A stretch of DNA of 64,000 bases from Myxococcota bacterium (GTDB lineage: Bacteria > Myxococcota_A > SURF-8 > G963663525), in the NCBI GenBank assembly GCA_963676915.2, contig CAXXVK010000019.1:1-64000 (forward strand). Reading direction: 5' to 3'. The notes under the pieces were generated by a model. It was not told where the DNA came from and made no database searches. It saw only the letters and a list, made by a program, of their open reading frames with translations. Made by a program: the position numbers and the translations under genes. Numbering within the stretch: position 1 is the stretch's first letter; every line of letters begins with the position of its first letter. Below are positions 31,061 to 41,450 of this stretch, piece after piece.

Positions 31061-31594
31061 ATGAGCATTACCACCAAGACCGGCGACCGTGGACAGGCGA
31101 GTATTTATTCCGGGGAACGTGTTTCGAAAAACTCCGATCGATTGGAAGCGATTGGGACGGTCGATGAGCTTGTGTCCATTCTGGGGATTGCCCGCTGTCA
31201 CAGCAAAGAGTCCGTAACCGAAGAAGCGGTTTTGTACCTGCAACGAATGTTGTTTACCTTTGCGTCCGAATTGGCTACGTCAGCGGAAAAACTGGAGAAA
31301 CTGTCCAAACGCCTGGATCAGGACGCCATGGACGAGCTTGACCGCCGTCGTGACAAACTCGAAGCCGAAACGACCTTGCCCAACGGATTCATAGTTCCCG
31401 GAGGTAATTTGGGATCGGCCCATCTGGACCACGCTCGTACGGTGGCAAGGAGAATCGAGCGTCGGGTTGTGGGGATGAACGAAGCCGGTATTCTCCCCAA
31501 TCCTGTCGTACTTTCCTGGATCAATCGCCTGTCGGATTACTTGTATTTGCTGGCAAGAACGGAAGAGGACAAACCGTTGCTGGTAAAATTTTAA
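31061..31594 (+). CDS. PduO-type cob(I)alamin adenosyltransferase
   Basis: TKTGDRG, GTVDEL, ARTVARRIER, NRLSDYL. Confidence 0.93.
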   Translation: MSITTKTGDRGQASIYSGERVSKNSDRLEAIGTVDELVSILGIARCHSKESVTEEAVLYLQRMLFTFASELATSAEKLEKLSKRLDQDAMDELDRRRDKLEAETTLPNGFIVPGGNLGSAHLDHARTVARRIERRVVGMNEAGILPNPVVLSWINRLSDYLYLLARTEEDKPLLVKF

Positions 31595-31631
31595 CGAATT
31601 GTAGAGAATGAACTGAGATTCCCGTAATCGG

Positions 31632-32381
31632 TTACATCAAAAACTGTTCGTGATCGCGTCCCTTGAATTGGAGCACGCCTTCTTTCGAGGATTGATAGAA
31701 ATCCTGCAACTTCATGAAATCCGGGTCGTTTCGGAAAGATGACGTATCGCCGTCCGTGCCGATCGTTCGTAAAATGTCGCTAATCTGCTCGATGCGGTTT
31801 TCCGGGAAACCTCGTCGATGAAGTCCGACCTCGTTGATATCCACCAGGAAAGCCCGATCTCCGCGAGCCATGGCGTAGTGGGGAACATCGAAACGCACCA
31901 TGGCTCCCGCTCCGACGAACGCGCTTTCTCCGATACGAACGTACTGATGGATTCCCGCCAGCCCGCCGAAATGGGCAAAACGGAAAACCTCGACATGACC
32001 CGCTAGTTGGACACTGTTGGACATGATGATATCGTCGGCCAGCTTGCAGTCGTGTCCGACGTGAGAATAAGCCATGAGGTAGTTGCGGTCGCCGATGATC
32101 GTCGAGCCGCCGCCGTGGATCGTTCCCCGATGAATCGTGGAAAACTCACGGATCACGTTTCCCGTACCGATCACGACCTCGGTGGCTTCATCCCGGTATT
32201 TCAAATCCTGGGGATGCGCTCCGATAACGACATGATGACTGATGTGATTGAGAGAGCCGATGGTTACGCGCCCCTCGATGACGCTGTAAGCTCCAACAGT
32301 GGTTCCGGCTCCGATTTCTACATCATCGCCGATTATTGCGGTTGCATCGATTTTCGCACTGGCGTCGATTTTTGGCGACAT
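31632..32381 (-). CDS. lpxA: UDP-N-acetylglucosamine O-acyltransferase
   Basis: Hexapeptide repeats; PQDLKY, IREFSTIHRGT, YSHVGHDC, LAGHV, HQ. Confidence 0.93.
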   Translation of the reverse strand: MSPKIDASAKIDATAIIGDDVEIGAGTTVGAYSVIEGRVTIGSLNHISHHVVIGAHPQDLKYRDEATEVVIGTGNVIREFSTIHRGTIHGGGSTIIGDRNYLMAYSHVGHDCKLADDIIMSNSVQLAGHVEVFRFAHFGGLAGIHQYVRIGESAFVGAGAMVRFDVPHYAMARGDRAFLVDINEVGLHRRGFPENRIEQISDILRTIGTDGDTSSFRNDPDFMKLQDFYQSSKEGVLQFKGRDHEQFLM

Positions 32382-32401
32382 CACTTCACCTCATTCCTAC
32401 A

Positions 32402-33415
32402 CTACTCGTGATTCGTGTCACCCCCGCAGTTCTTTGGTTGTACCATATTCTTTAGAAGGTCTTGAAGCTTTTTCCACTCTTTGTGATGCATTGCCGGATA
32501 TCCGGTGTACACGGCGTGGGCGGGAACGTCGCGGGTGACCCCGGATTTTCCCCCGACTACAGCCCCTTCACCAATGTGCAGATGGTCCGAAACGCCTACC
32601 TGGCCTGCCAAGGTAACGTGATGATCCAACTCGACCGAACCTGCAAGACCCACTTGGGCCACCAGCAGACAATCGCTTCCCACGAAGCAATTATGGCCGA
32701 TTTGGATCAAATTATCCGTTTTCGTTCCACGACCGACCACCGTTTCCCCGAACGTTGCCCGATCCACGCAGGCGTTGGCTCCGATTTCCACATCGTCCTC
32801 GATGCGCACGATACCCAACTGCGGGATTTTCTCGTAGCGACCGTTTTCGTTGCGTGCGAAACCGTAGCCGTCCGCGCCGATCCGGCAGCCATCCTGCAAA
32901 ATTACGCGGTTACCGATGCGGCAGTTTTCACGAACGGTGACGTGGGAATGAAACAGGCAGTTTTTGCCGATATGTACGTCTTTTCCAATATAGACGTGGG
33001 ATACCAGCCGACACCCGGAGCCTAGGACCGTGCCTTCGTCGACGTGGCAAAACGGACCTATGGAGACGTTTTCACCCACTGTCGCTTTTTCATGGATAAA
33101 AGCCGAAGGATGGCGCTCGGAGACGGTTGGAACAGGTTCGGACAAAGCTTGCATGAGGCGGGCGAACGCCAGATGCGGATCGTCCACGACAAGCTGATTG
33201 GCCAAGATGTTGCTCAGTTCTGTTCCGCAAAGAATCGCCCCGGCTTTCGTGGCGCTCAATGCGGCTGTAAAGCGTTCGCCGATATAGAAAGAGGTATCCG
33301 ACGGTCCCGCCTTTTCCAAAGGTGCGAAACGTTCGATGCGGAACCGCGAATCCCCAATGACGCGACCGCCCAGTTTTTTTGCGGCTTCGGCCAGCGTCAG
33401 CGATCGGCGTTTCAT
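32402..33415 (-). CDS. lpxD: UDP-3-O-acylglucosamine N-acyltransferase
   Basis: IGADGYGF, KIPQLG.V.IEDDVEIGAN, DRA, DNLIQIGHN. Confidence 0.96.
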   Translation of the reverse strand: MKRRSLTLAEAAKKLGGRVIGDSRFRIERFAPLEKAGPSDTSFYIGERFTAALSATKAGAILCGTELSNILANQLVVDDPHLAFARLMQALSEPVPTVSERHPSAFIHEKATVGENVSIGPFCHVDEGTVLGSGCRLVSHVYIGKDVHIGKNCLFHSHVTVRENCRIGNRVILQDGCRIGADGYGFARNENGRYEKIPQLGIVRIEDDVEIGANACVDRATFGETVVGRGTKTDNLIQIGHNCFVGSDCLLVAQVGLAGSVELDHHVTLAGQVGVSDHLHIGEGAVVGGKSGVTRDVPAHAVYTGYPAMHHKEWKKLQDLLKNMVQPKNCGGDTNHE

Positions 33416-33419
33416 GGCG

Positions 33420-33953
33420 TTATTTCTTGGTTTTCTTGGCTTTGAATTTTTCGTCGTACCGGCGGATCAACTCGTTGGTCAGATCGTGCTTGCTCGGAGC
33501 ATAGATAATGCCGGACGTGGATTTTTCAAGAATCAGCTTATAGCCCTGCGTTTCCCCGATGTTGCGGAGAATATTGTACATCTTCTCGAAAATGGGACGG
33601 GTCGCCAGATCTTCTTTGGACTTCAACTCTTTTTCGAGATCCATGAAGGTTTTTTGCAGAACCATCAATTCCCGCTGCAATTCTTCTTCTTGGCGTCGTT
33701 GCTCGTCTGCCGTAAGAAGTTCTTTTTTGCGCTGATAATCCTCGGTTTTTTTCTTCAGACCTTCTTGTTCTTTGTCCAAAAACGTCTGTTTTTCATCGAA
33801 GTATTTTTTCAACTCGGCTTTGGCCGATTTGCCTTCTTCGACTTCCAGCAGCGCCCGCTGAAGATCCACGTACCCGATTTTTTCTTCAGCAGCCCAGGCG
33901 AAAGACGGAATCAGAAGGGCGAACAAAACCAACCATATCGTGCTCCGAAGCAT
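33420..33953 (-). CDS. skp: OmpH/Skp periplasmic chaperone
   Basis: Signal peptide; KIGYVDLQ, coiled coil, GYKLIL, DLT; upstream of lpxD. Confidence 0.9.
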   Translation of the reverse strand: MLRSTIWLVLFALLIPSFAWAAEEKIGYVDLQRALLEVEEGKSAKAELKKYFDEKQTFLDKEQEGLKKKTEDYQRKKELLTADEQRRQEEELQRELMVLQKTFMDLEKELKSKEDLATRPIFEKMYNILRNIGETQGYKLILEKSTSGIIYAPSKHDLTNELIRRYDEKFKAKKTKK

Positions 33954-34305
33954 TGCAATCCTCCCGCAAATTCGGAAATGAAATTCGTAACGATCTTTGT
34001 ACTACGCCGTTCTTTCTAGCGTTTCGCCCGATGGGTTGCAAGAAAAAAGCGTGGGCGTGGAATTTATCGATCCATTTACAAACAATTCTTGCTAAATTGC
34101 CAATGATGGATCATTTGAAAAACAAACCGACGAAAATTCCTCCTTTCGACAGTTGATTAAACCCACGTTTCTGCTACCATGAAAAACTTCAGAATGTTTT
34201 CAAGTGGCGATCTTCATCGGGATACGGACTTTCATATTGTCCTCGTTAGACTGTTGAAGCTGCAAACGTGTTGGTATTACAGAGAAATTTTAGAAGAGTG
34301 TGCTT

Positions 34306-34794
34306 ATGGCTGAATATTCCATCGATTTTCTGGAGCCTGAAGTTCTTGGCGTGGAAGGACGTATCGGACTGACGGTTCTGCCGCAAAGCGAACAAGACAT
34401 CGCCCGACTGAAAAACGAATTTGCCGTGGATCGATTGATTACGCTCATCGAGTACAAGTACCAGGCGACGGCTATCTGGCAGTGGGCGCATCAGGCTCGG
34501 ATGATCAACGAATGGTTCGCTATCGATGACTTCGACGTTCCGTCCGATATGGACGCCTACACCGAGTTGATCGAAGGGATACTGGAAGCGTTGGAAGACG
34601 GCGAAACCGTGGCAATTCATTGTCTCGCTGGATTGGGACGTACCGGTATGGTGGCGGCAAGTTGTCTGGTGGCATTGGGAAGGGAACCGAAGGAAGCGAT
34701 CAAGATGCTTCGTGAGGTGCGCAGAGGGTCCGTGCAGACGAAAGCCCAGGAAAAGTTTGTCCAAAAATTCCAGAAAGCCTGGTCCAAACGATAA
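34306..34794 (+). CDS. Dual-specificity/CDKN3-like protein phosphatase
   Basis: IDDFDVP general-acid loop, HCLAGLGRTG P-loop, VQT.AQ. Confidence 0.9.
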   Translation: MAEYSIDFLEPEVLGVEGRIGLTVLPQSEQDIARLKNEFAVDRLITLIEYKYQATAIWQWAHQARMINEWFAIDDFDVPSDMDAYTELIEGILEALEDGETVAIHCLAGLGRTGMVAASCLVALGREPKEAIKMLREVRRGSVQTKAQEKFVQKFQKAWSKR

Positions 34795-34860
34795 CGAAAC
34801 GGCGTTGAATCGTCGTTACTACATAAAGGTGTTCGATTTTTTCTCGAAAGCCTGTTGCCT

Positions 34861-35736
34861 ATGAAATCTATCGATACGAAGTTTTTTAGCCGATACGGCC
34901 TGCCGGTGGTGTTGATTCTCATCTTGATTTTGCTTCTTCCATTTTCCGAGGCTTGGGCGTTTAATGAATTTGAAAGCTGGGAGGAACCTCAGCCGTCAAC
35001 TCCGAGCCCTACGCCGCAGCCACCACCCCAAAAAACAGTGGATCAAACCGAGAAAAAAGACACCGAATCGTCAAAAGATGCATCGAAGCATGAGGAGTCT
35101 ACCGATTCCAAGGCCTCGGAAAAAGAGGATAGAGAAGGAAAAATTTATCGCATCGGATCGTTCGGGGTGTCGCCGAAATTGGGATATGCCTGGCTGGAAA
35201 AGATGGAATCTTCGGAGAATTTCGATGTTCCCACCCGTGACGCCTTTAAAGTGATGCTCGACCTGGATTTCGGGGGCGACGGCTTCGGCTTCCGGCTATC
35301 TCCCTATTTCAGCTACCAGACCGCCCAGGCTCGTAAATGCACCACCACGATCTTGAATGGGATTTTACCTTCGCAGAATTGCAGCGATGACGATAAAGTT
35401 CCCATTGATTATCATTTTAAAGCTTTGGGTTTGTATTTTGGCTCTATGTACCGTTTTCGAATCTGGAACATTCACCCAAGCATCGGTTTGGGAACCCAGG
35501 CGGCATATTTATGGGACGATAACATCGAGCATGGGATAGAGCTTTTCGGTCGTCTTCCGCTGGAAATCCTGTGGTATCCCACCGATCACCTCGCCGTAGT
35601 GGTGGAAGTGGCGTTTCTCTACGGAATCACGGGAATACAAAACAGCAACAAATTGAAAAACTACGCCATCAATCTTGATTTCAACGTAGGGCAGGGCTTT
35701 GGAGTGGACGCCTTGGTCGGTATACGTTTTCCGTAA
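34861..35736 (+). CDS. Hypothetical exported protein, probable small outer-membrane beta-barrel
   Basis: Signal peptide, Pro/charged linker, alternating amphipathic strands, C-terminal VGIRFP. Confidence 0.65.
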   Translation: MKSIDTKFFSRYGLPVVLILILILLLPFSEAWAFNEFESWEEPQPSTPSPTPQPPPQKTVDQTEKKDTESSKDASKHEESTDSKASEKEDREGKIYRIGSFGVSPKLGYAWLEKMESSENFDVPTRDAFKVMLDLDFGGDGFGFRLSPYFSYQTAQARKCTTTILNGILPSQNCSDDDKVPIDYHFKALGLYFGSMYRFRIWNIHPSIGLGTQAAYLWDDNIEHGIELFGRLPLEILWYPTDHLAVVVEVAFLYGITGIQNSNKLKNYAINLDFNVGQGFGVDALVGIRFP

Positions 35737-35769
35737 CCCGTAACTTTTTAGTGGATGCTCAAGGGGAGT

Positions 35770-36546
35770 TTATTGAGGTTGGCGAATCACGAACTCCCGA
35801 CTGCACCGAGGGCATTCGATACGGAGTGATTCCTGACCCTCCCACAACTCTTCCTGTTGCGAAATCGGTAAGGATGTCAGCATGTTGAGCACGTACTCAT
35901 CCGTACAGAGGCATTCGTAGAACATCCGGTGTTCGGCTAGACGGGTCAGTTTTTCATCTTCGAGCAGTTTTTCCACAAGGTTTAGCAACTCTTCGGCTGA
36001 AGCCTCTTGCAATTCTTCTAAATGACCTTCGGGCATGGACTGAAACAGCACGCCTTTCGCCGTGGTCGGGTCGAGAGCGATTCGACATTCCCTTTGCTCG
36101 CTGGTTTCAAAATATTGCTCGAACACTCGTACGGGATCGCCGCCTTTTTTCGGAAGAAAACTGGACTGGCTCGGTTGTTCACCGGTTTTGGCTCGCTGTA
36201 CGGTGACCATCCATTCCTTGCGGGTGGTGGGCAAGTGACGGGCGACGATCATTCCTTGAGGCTCGGCAGCCACGAAAAATCCCGTACCGATATCGAGCTT
36301 GGAGTCCGGCGTATTGATGGAAAACGCCCAGGAGAACGGGTCCGGCTGGGAACAGGCTGTCAACGCTGCAAGACAGGCCAAAGCGTCGAGTGTCTCGCCG
36401 TGGTTTTGTGAATCGATGCCGTGGTGGGCTTCATATTCTTTACGACCCCGAAGCAACTCCGAGAAAGTCCCTTTGACCACAATCAGGTTCTTTTCTTTCC
36501 ACAAATAGCGTTCCACGGGAGCTAAAGGGATGCCATCGAAGTTCAT
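35770..36546 (-). CDS. hslO: Hsp33-family redox-regulated chaperone
   Basis: C-terminal CxC...CxxC zinc motif (ECLC...ECPRC); YFETSEQ. Confidence 0.8.
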   Translation of the reverse strand: MNFDGIPLAPVERYLWKEKNLIVVKGTFSELLRGRKEYEAHHGIDSQNHGETLDALACLAALTACSQPDPFSWAFSINTPDSKLDIGTGFFVAAEPQGMIVARHLPTTRKEWMVTVQRAKTGEQPSQSSFLPKKGGDPVRVFEQYFETSEQRECRIALDPTTAKGVLFQSMPEGHLEELQEASAEELLNLVEKLLEDEKLTRLAEHRMFYECLCTDEYVLNMLTSLPISQQEELWEGQESLRIECPRCSREFVIRQPQ

Positions 36547-36620
36547 GATTTTACCGTCCGTTCGTTACGATATTCCCTGCAAATGAATTCATTCTCAACA
36601 CGAGGTTTTCTCAACGAAAA

Positions 36621-36654
36621 ACACCGGTTCCGACGAGGGCGTCGAAACCGGTGT
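36621..36654 (-). terminator. Hairpin/terminator upstream of hslO
   Basis: Minus strand ACACCGGTTTCGACG-CCCT-CGTCGGAACCGGTGT followed by TTTT. Confidence 0.5.
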
Positions 36655-36882
36655 AAATATTTTTGGCGGTCCAAAGCCTTCCTAGTTGGAACCAAATAGA
36701 GGGATGGATTCGGGAAATCAAAGGATTTCAGCAGACTTTGGAGGATGACCCGAACCGACACAACTATGTCCACCTTCTATCATGAATGGAGAAAATGAAG
36801 CAAGTACATTCCTTGAAACTGATGGTTTGTCCGGAATCTTATTTGTTATCAATGGTTTGCGCGAGTACGTGGAAGCCGTCTG

Positions 36883-37242
36883 ATGAGCGTCACAAGAAAG
36901 CCGTTCGAGATGCATTCGTTTTCGGCTGAAAAAGTCATCGAAATTACAACGGTTATGATCATGAAGTTTACATCCGACTTTGGAGGGAAGCAATTTACAA
37001 TACCACGTGACATCGGTCATGTGAAGGCGATAAAGCTGGATAGCTTGTCGAAGAGCGCAGCAGGCATTAATGATTTTGTCGTTGATCGAGGTGAAGTTTC
37101 CATGACCGAATGCAATGCAATCCTACTTCAGAGTCGTCGAACGCTTCAGAGGAATATGAAGGTACTTGTCGAGATGGAATTGATCCAGATTATCAAAGCA
37201 GGTTCCACTGATCCACGAAAACGATACAAGGCGATAATCTAG
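36883..37242 (+). pseudogene. Degenerate C-terminal wHTH remnant, resembling Fic-family proteins
   Basis: RRTLQRNMKVLVEMELI...GSTDPRKRY resembles the HTH tail of Fic proteins; no HPFxxGNG Fic motif upstream. Confidence 0.5.
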
Positions 37243-37382
37243 GTGTTTTTTTGAGCCGTGACAAAGCTGTGACATGTTTTTAATCGCTTTTCGAGATCCA
37301 TTTTCCTCCTGATCTCACGAGTAAGCTTTGACATACTGACAATGCTTGGGATATCAAGTTCGAGGCTGGTTGTTCTGGCTCC

Positions 37383-39881
37383 TTAATGGAGAGACCTACA
37401 AAGACGGAAGCCGACACCGTAGCCACGGTATGAAGGCGAACCGCTGGTGCGTGTTGCTGACCGGCAGCTCTTAGCGCCGTTGCTCCAAAAGCCGCCACGC
37501 ACGACGTGGCTTGTGCCAGAGCTCTGACCTATGGGATCGGTTGCTACATCGTCCTCATAGGAACTCTGATTGAAGTTCCAGGTCCATTCTGCAAGATTGC
37601 CGCTCATATCGTAAAGATCCCAGTCGTTAGGCTCTTTGGTACCCACAGGCTTTGTGCCATAGTCCGGAGTTTCCGGGTTGCCATTGTTCCCACAGAACCA
37701 ACCGATCCGGTCCAAGTTGGAATCAACAGGAACACAGTATTGTTGTGTGATCGTTCCATCGTTTTCATCATTCTGATAAAACGCCGTATATTGATTCCCT
37801 GCTCGAATCGCATATTCCCATTCTGCCTCCGTCGGCAACCGATATCCCTCACAATCCTGTGGTTTTTCCACACCATCGGCCAAGGTCACTGTCGCCGACT
37901 CAATCCCGCCGTAGGTCAAATCATCATCGAAGCAATCCATATAATCAGTGCCTACGCTTCCGCCGTATTTGCATTCCACGGCCGTCAGTGCATAGCAGGT
38001 AGGGCGTTCGGCATTCAAGGACAACCGATTCGCATATGCCAGGGTATCATACCAACTCACGTACTTTATCGGATGATCGTCACCGCAGCCATTTGCACAT
38101 TCGGAATAGTAGGTATCCATTGCATTCCAACCTGTTAACGCCTCGAATTCCTTTTCCGTGATCTCATACCTGTTCAATTCGAAGTCGTAGGTCAATGTTA
38201 CTTGATGAAGCGTTTCATTGGAAAATCGCCCCAATTCCTCTGTGCAAGCGCCTGGATATCCCTCCGGGCAGTCGCCGTCCGGCGAACCCATCCAGAACGT
38301 TCCAGCGGTGATGGAAACAAAACTTGGAGTCGGGATCAACTGACAATTGGGATAATCCGAATAGCCTTGCGCACATTCGGTACAGTAATCGCCGGCATAA
38401 CCGGTCGCGCAAGTGCAGAAATCGTCTTCGCTGTTACAAGTACCGTGATCGTTGCAGGAGTACGTCGTTCCCGAGCATATACCGCCCGTTCCGCAGATAT
38501 CCGTATGCGTGCAGGCGTTGGCGTCGTTGCAGTTTCCCGATTCTTTCGTTGTCCATGCGTTCCAGGCTGAGACCGATTCACAAATCCGACATGTGCCATC
38601 TCCTGATGCGGTTTCCGTCGTGCCCTCGTCGAAGCAGGCTTCAGCAATGTAACAGCCCGCATTTGTACCGCTTACCACACAGTCACCACTGCTGCATGCT
38701 GTTTGTGTGCAACCGATTTCGTCCGTGCAGGGGTTCGTGTCGTCGTTGACCGCTACACATACGCCACCATTGCATACATTGTCCGTACAGGGGCGACCGT
38801 CATCTGTCACCGCACAGGTCGCCCCGTCCATGTTCGACCATCCTCGATCATCGTTGTCGGGATCGCAAGCCACGCAGCCGTCAGTATCCTGGCTGGTACC
38901 TTCCGCCACACAGTTTCCATCGATCAAGCAGCCCGTCGTTACCGTTTCCACCACACAAGAGCCGTCCACACAATGATCATTCGTGCATTCGTGATCCAAG
39001 TCACAAGTGTTTTCGTTGTCGTTTGTGTCCGTGCAGGTGTTGGCTACGCATGAAAGGTCCGTGCAGGGGTTGTCATCCTCAGCATAGTCGGTACAACCAA
39101 GTGCATCGTAGCAATCTTTGCAAATCCCGGAAACGCACTGGTCGGTATTATCCTCACCACAGGATGTACCGTCCGAAGCGTTTGGATTCGTACAAATTCC
39201 AGAGGCGATATCGCAGGCTCCGGCAACGTGGCAATCATCCGAAGCGGTGCAGATTACCGGAGCCGTAGTTTCGTTGCACGAGCCGCTGACACAGGTGCTT
39301 ACTCCGTTGCAAGCGTTGGAATCGTCATTGCAGATTTCACCGTCCGCAACAAAAGTATCCACCGGGCAATCTTCGTCTATGCCATCGCAGACTTCCGCGA
39401 TATCGCATTCCCCGGCAGAAGCGCGGCACTCAAAATCCACTTCATGCAACGTCCAGTCGTTTTTCATCATGGTAGAATCACAGACGAGGCACGCGTGTTC
39501 AGGGTTATTGGTCCCGTCGGCAACGCAAACTGCGTTTATGTCGCAGAAGCCGGTATCGCAAATACAATGCCCGGTCTCTGCGTCGCAAACGCGGTGATCG
39601 GTTTCATCGCAGGTGTTCGAAGAGCAAAGTTCGTCTGTTTCCTCTTCTTGATCGTTAGTGACAGTATCGTCGTCTGCATCACCATCACCATCGGTATCGA
39701 CATCATTATCGGTAGAACCATCGCCATCGGCAATCGGATCATCACTATCCGTCGTCTGTTGGTCACTATCTCCAATGGTCGAACCGGTGTTACCCTCCGA
39801 GGCACAACCTGAAAACACGATTAACAGCATCACGATACAAATACCTGACATACAACCTGATCTTGTCATTATTGCACTCAC
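37383..39881 (-). CDS. Lipoprotein with Cys-rich stalk and C-terminal FGE-sulfatase/SUMF1 (CLec-fold) domain
   Basis: Lipobox FSGC; DGD-rich linker; disintegrin-like and EGF repeats; GTFWMGSP, YRLPTEAEWEYA, LYDMSGN..EW, RGGFW...GFR. Confidence 0.9.
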   Translation of the reverse strand: MSAIMTRSGCMSGICIVMLLIVFSGCASEGNTGSTIGDSDQQTTDSDDPIADGDGSTDNDVDTDGDGDADDDTVTNDQEEETDELCSSNTCDETDHRVCDAETGHCICDTGFCDINAVCVADGTNNPEHACLVCDSTMMKNDWTLHEVDFECRASAGECDIAEVCDGIDEDCPVDTFVADGEICNDDSNACNGVSTCVSGSCNETTAPVICTASDDCHVAGACDIASGICTNPNASDGTSCGEDNTDQCVSGICKDCYDALGCTDYAEDDNPCTDLSCVANTCTDTNDNENTCDLDHECTNDHCVDGSCVVETVTTGCLIDGNCVAEGTSQDTDGCVACDPDNDDRGWSNMDGATCAVTDDGRPCTDNVCNGGVCVAVNDDTNPCTDEIGCTQTACSSGDCVVSGTNAGCYIAEACFDEGTTETASGDGTCRICESVSAWNAWTTKESGNCNDANACTHTDICGTGGICSGTTYSCNDHGTCNSEDDFCTCATGYAGDYCTECAQGYSDYPNCQLIPTPSFVSITAGTFWMGSPDGDCPEGYPGACTEELGRFSNETLHQVTLTYDFELNRYEITEKEFEALTGWNAMDTYYSECANGCGDDHPIKYVSWYDTLAYANRLSLNAERPTCYALTAVECKYGGSVGTDYMDCFDDDLTYGGIESATVTLADGVEKPQDCEGYRLPTEAEWEYAIRAGNQYTAFYQNDENDGTITQQYCVPVDSNLDRIGWFCGNNGNPETPDYGTKPVGTKEPNDWDLYDMSGNLAEWTWNFNQSSYEDDVATDPIGQSSGTSHVVRGGFWSNGAKSCRSATRTSGSPSYRGYGVGFRLCRSLH

Positions 39882-40074
39882 TTAAAAGAAAAGGAAGGTA
39901 GAATGTGGCTTTATGTGGCAAACATATGTCCATACTGGATTGAAGTCAACGATTCTCGCTTAAAGGGTACAACGACCCATTATCTGGGACATTATTCGAA
40001 ATTCGTGCATTTCGTTACATCCTTCCTTCAGACTGTAGGTTTTGATGCGAAAACCACGCAGGATGTGCATGATG

Positions 40075-40362
40075 AAGGAAAAGCAGGTGAGGTCGAAAGA
40101 TGGTCCAAATGGCCGATATGAACGGTATCCGGTTGAACCGATTCTAGAACCTCAACAAAGCGTTGATCCACCTTTACATGTCGGTAACGATCTTTGCTTC
40201 GCGGAATGTTGACGAGACGCAGTTTGATTCGAGCGCCATCACGGTCGGTCTCTTCGGGCATCTCGAAATCTGGCGCAAAGCTGTTTTCTTCTCTGGTCAA
40301 AACATGCACTTCGTGCCGATCATCCAGACCGTGACAGAGCGTTTGGGTATATACCTCCGAAC
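40075..40362 (-). pseudogene. Internal fragment of a GT4 glycosyltransferase N-terminal domain
   Basis: SEVYTQTLCHGL..RHEVHVLTREE...PDTVHIGHLDHLS; lacks the normal start and the C-terminal GT domain. Confidence 0.7.
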
Positions 40363-40514
40363 GGGAAAATTCAGCCGGATTTCATTCCAATTCGAGAGAC
40401 ATAAGTTTACGTGATAAGAAAATATAAAGGCGTGCAGTCAGTAGGGAAAAGCTTTATAATTACGATAATTACATTTCTACAATGCGTACAATACGTGCGC
40501 GTTGATCCTTGCAT

Positions 40515-41246
40515 TTATCCCGCTTCGCCTTGATCGATCAATTCTTGGATGGAAGTCCTTGTGCGTTCCATCAAGCTTTCGACCGTCTCGTTTTCTTTGA
40601 GTTCAATCGGATTGCCGAACCGCAATATGGCCGAACCGGAGTGAATCCGTCTCGAACCCGGAGGAAGGATTCGTTCCGTTCCCAAGACGACCATCGGCTG
40701 AATGGGGACGCCTGCCGAAAGAGCCAAGTAGAAGGCTCCCTTTTTGAACGGCAACAAGCCTTCTCCGGGCTGGCTACGCCTTCCTTCCGGGCAAACCATG
40801 ACATGGGTTCCATGTTGAATCAGACGCCTGGCTTCTTCCATCGTGGCTCTTGCTTGCTGGGAATCGTCACGATCCACGAACAGCATTCCGACTTTTTCCA
40901 CGACCGGACCGAAAAGCGGAACTTCACGAATAGATCGTTTGCCGATGAAAGAGAGAAAAACTGGCTCATGCAACAAAATCATCGGCGTATCGTACAAACT
41001 TCGATGGTTGACGATCCAGACCATGGGTCTTGAAAGATCCAGGTTGTCCCGACCCTCCACAAAAGGTTTGACTCCCGCCAGAACCAGAAAGCATTTCGAC
41101 CATGGATACACGATCCAATGCCGAAGCGTGGACTTCGAAGCGCCCAAAGCAGAAATGGTCAGAGCGAAAATGGCGAAAATGAAGGTAACAACTCCTACAA
41201 AGGTTATTGCATAGGCTTCGATCAACAGGTTTTTGAGTGCTTTCAT
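40515..41246 (-). CDS. plsC: 1-acyl-sn-glycerol-3-phosphate acyltransferase (PlsC family)
   Basis: NHRSLYD, FVDR, PEGRRS, PFKKGAF. Start could be 41288. Confidence 0.88.
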   Translation of the reverse strand: MKALKNLLIEAYAITFVGVVTFIFAIFALTISALGASKSTLRHWIVYPWSKCFLVLAGVKPFVEGRDNLDLSRPMVWIVNHRSLYDTPMILLHEPVFLSFIGKRSIREVPLFGPVVEKVGMLFVDRDDSQQARATMEEARRLIQHGTHVMVCPEGRRSQPGEGLLPFKKGAFYLALSAGVPIQPMVVLGTERILPPGSRRIHSGSAILRFGNPIELKENETVESLMERTRTSIQELIDQGEAG

Positions 41247-41301
41247 GCTTGAATTTTGCCTGTAAATAGCCTTTGGAATGGGTGCCATATGAGAACCATG
41301 C

Positions 41302-41337
41302 AAAAAGAAAGGGTTCATGCAAACTGCATAAACCCTT
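41302..41337 (-). terminator. Terminator after tRNA-Asn
   Basis: AAGGGTTTATGCA-GTT-TGCATGAACCCTT followed by TCTTTTT. Confidence 0.75.
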
Positions 41338-41345
41338 GAAATCAT

Positions 41346-41421
41346 TGGCTCCGGCGGTAGGACTCGAACCTACGACCTAGTGGTTAACAGCCACCCGCTC
41401 TACCGATTGAGCTACGCCGGA
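41346..41421 (-). tRNA. tRNA-Asn (GTT)
   Basis: TCCGGCGTAGCTCAATCGGTAGAGCGGGTGGCTGTTAACCACTAGGTCGTAGGTTCGAGTCCTACCGCCGGAGCCA; 76 nt, CCA encoded. Confidence 0.98.
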
Positions 41422-41450
41422 TCAAAAGTTTCTTTGACGAAACCAAGTGG

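Noticed and set aside
41346-41421. tRNA-Asn as an island integration site
   Set aside because: No duplicated tRNA 3' end or integrase was seen; it is followed by a terminator and a core plsC-like gene.
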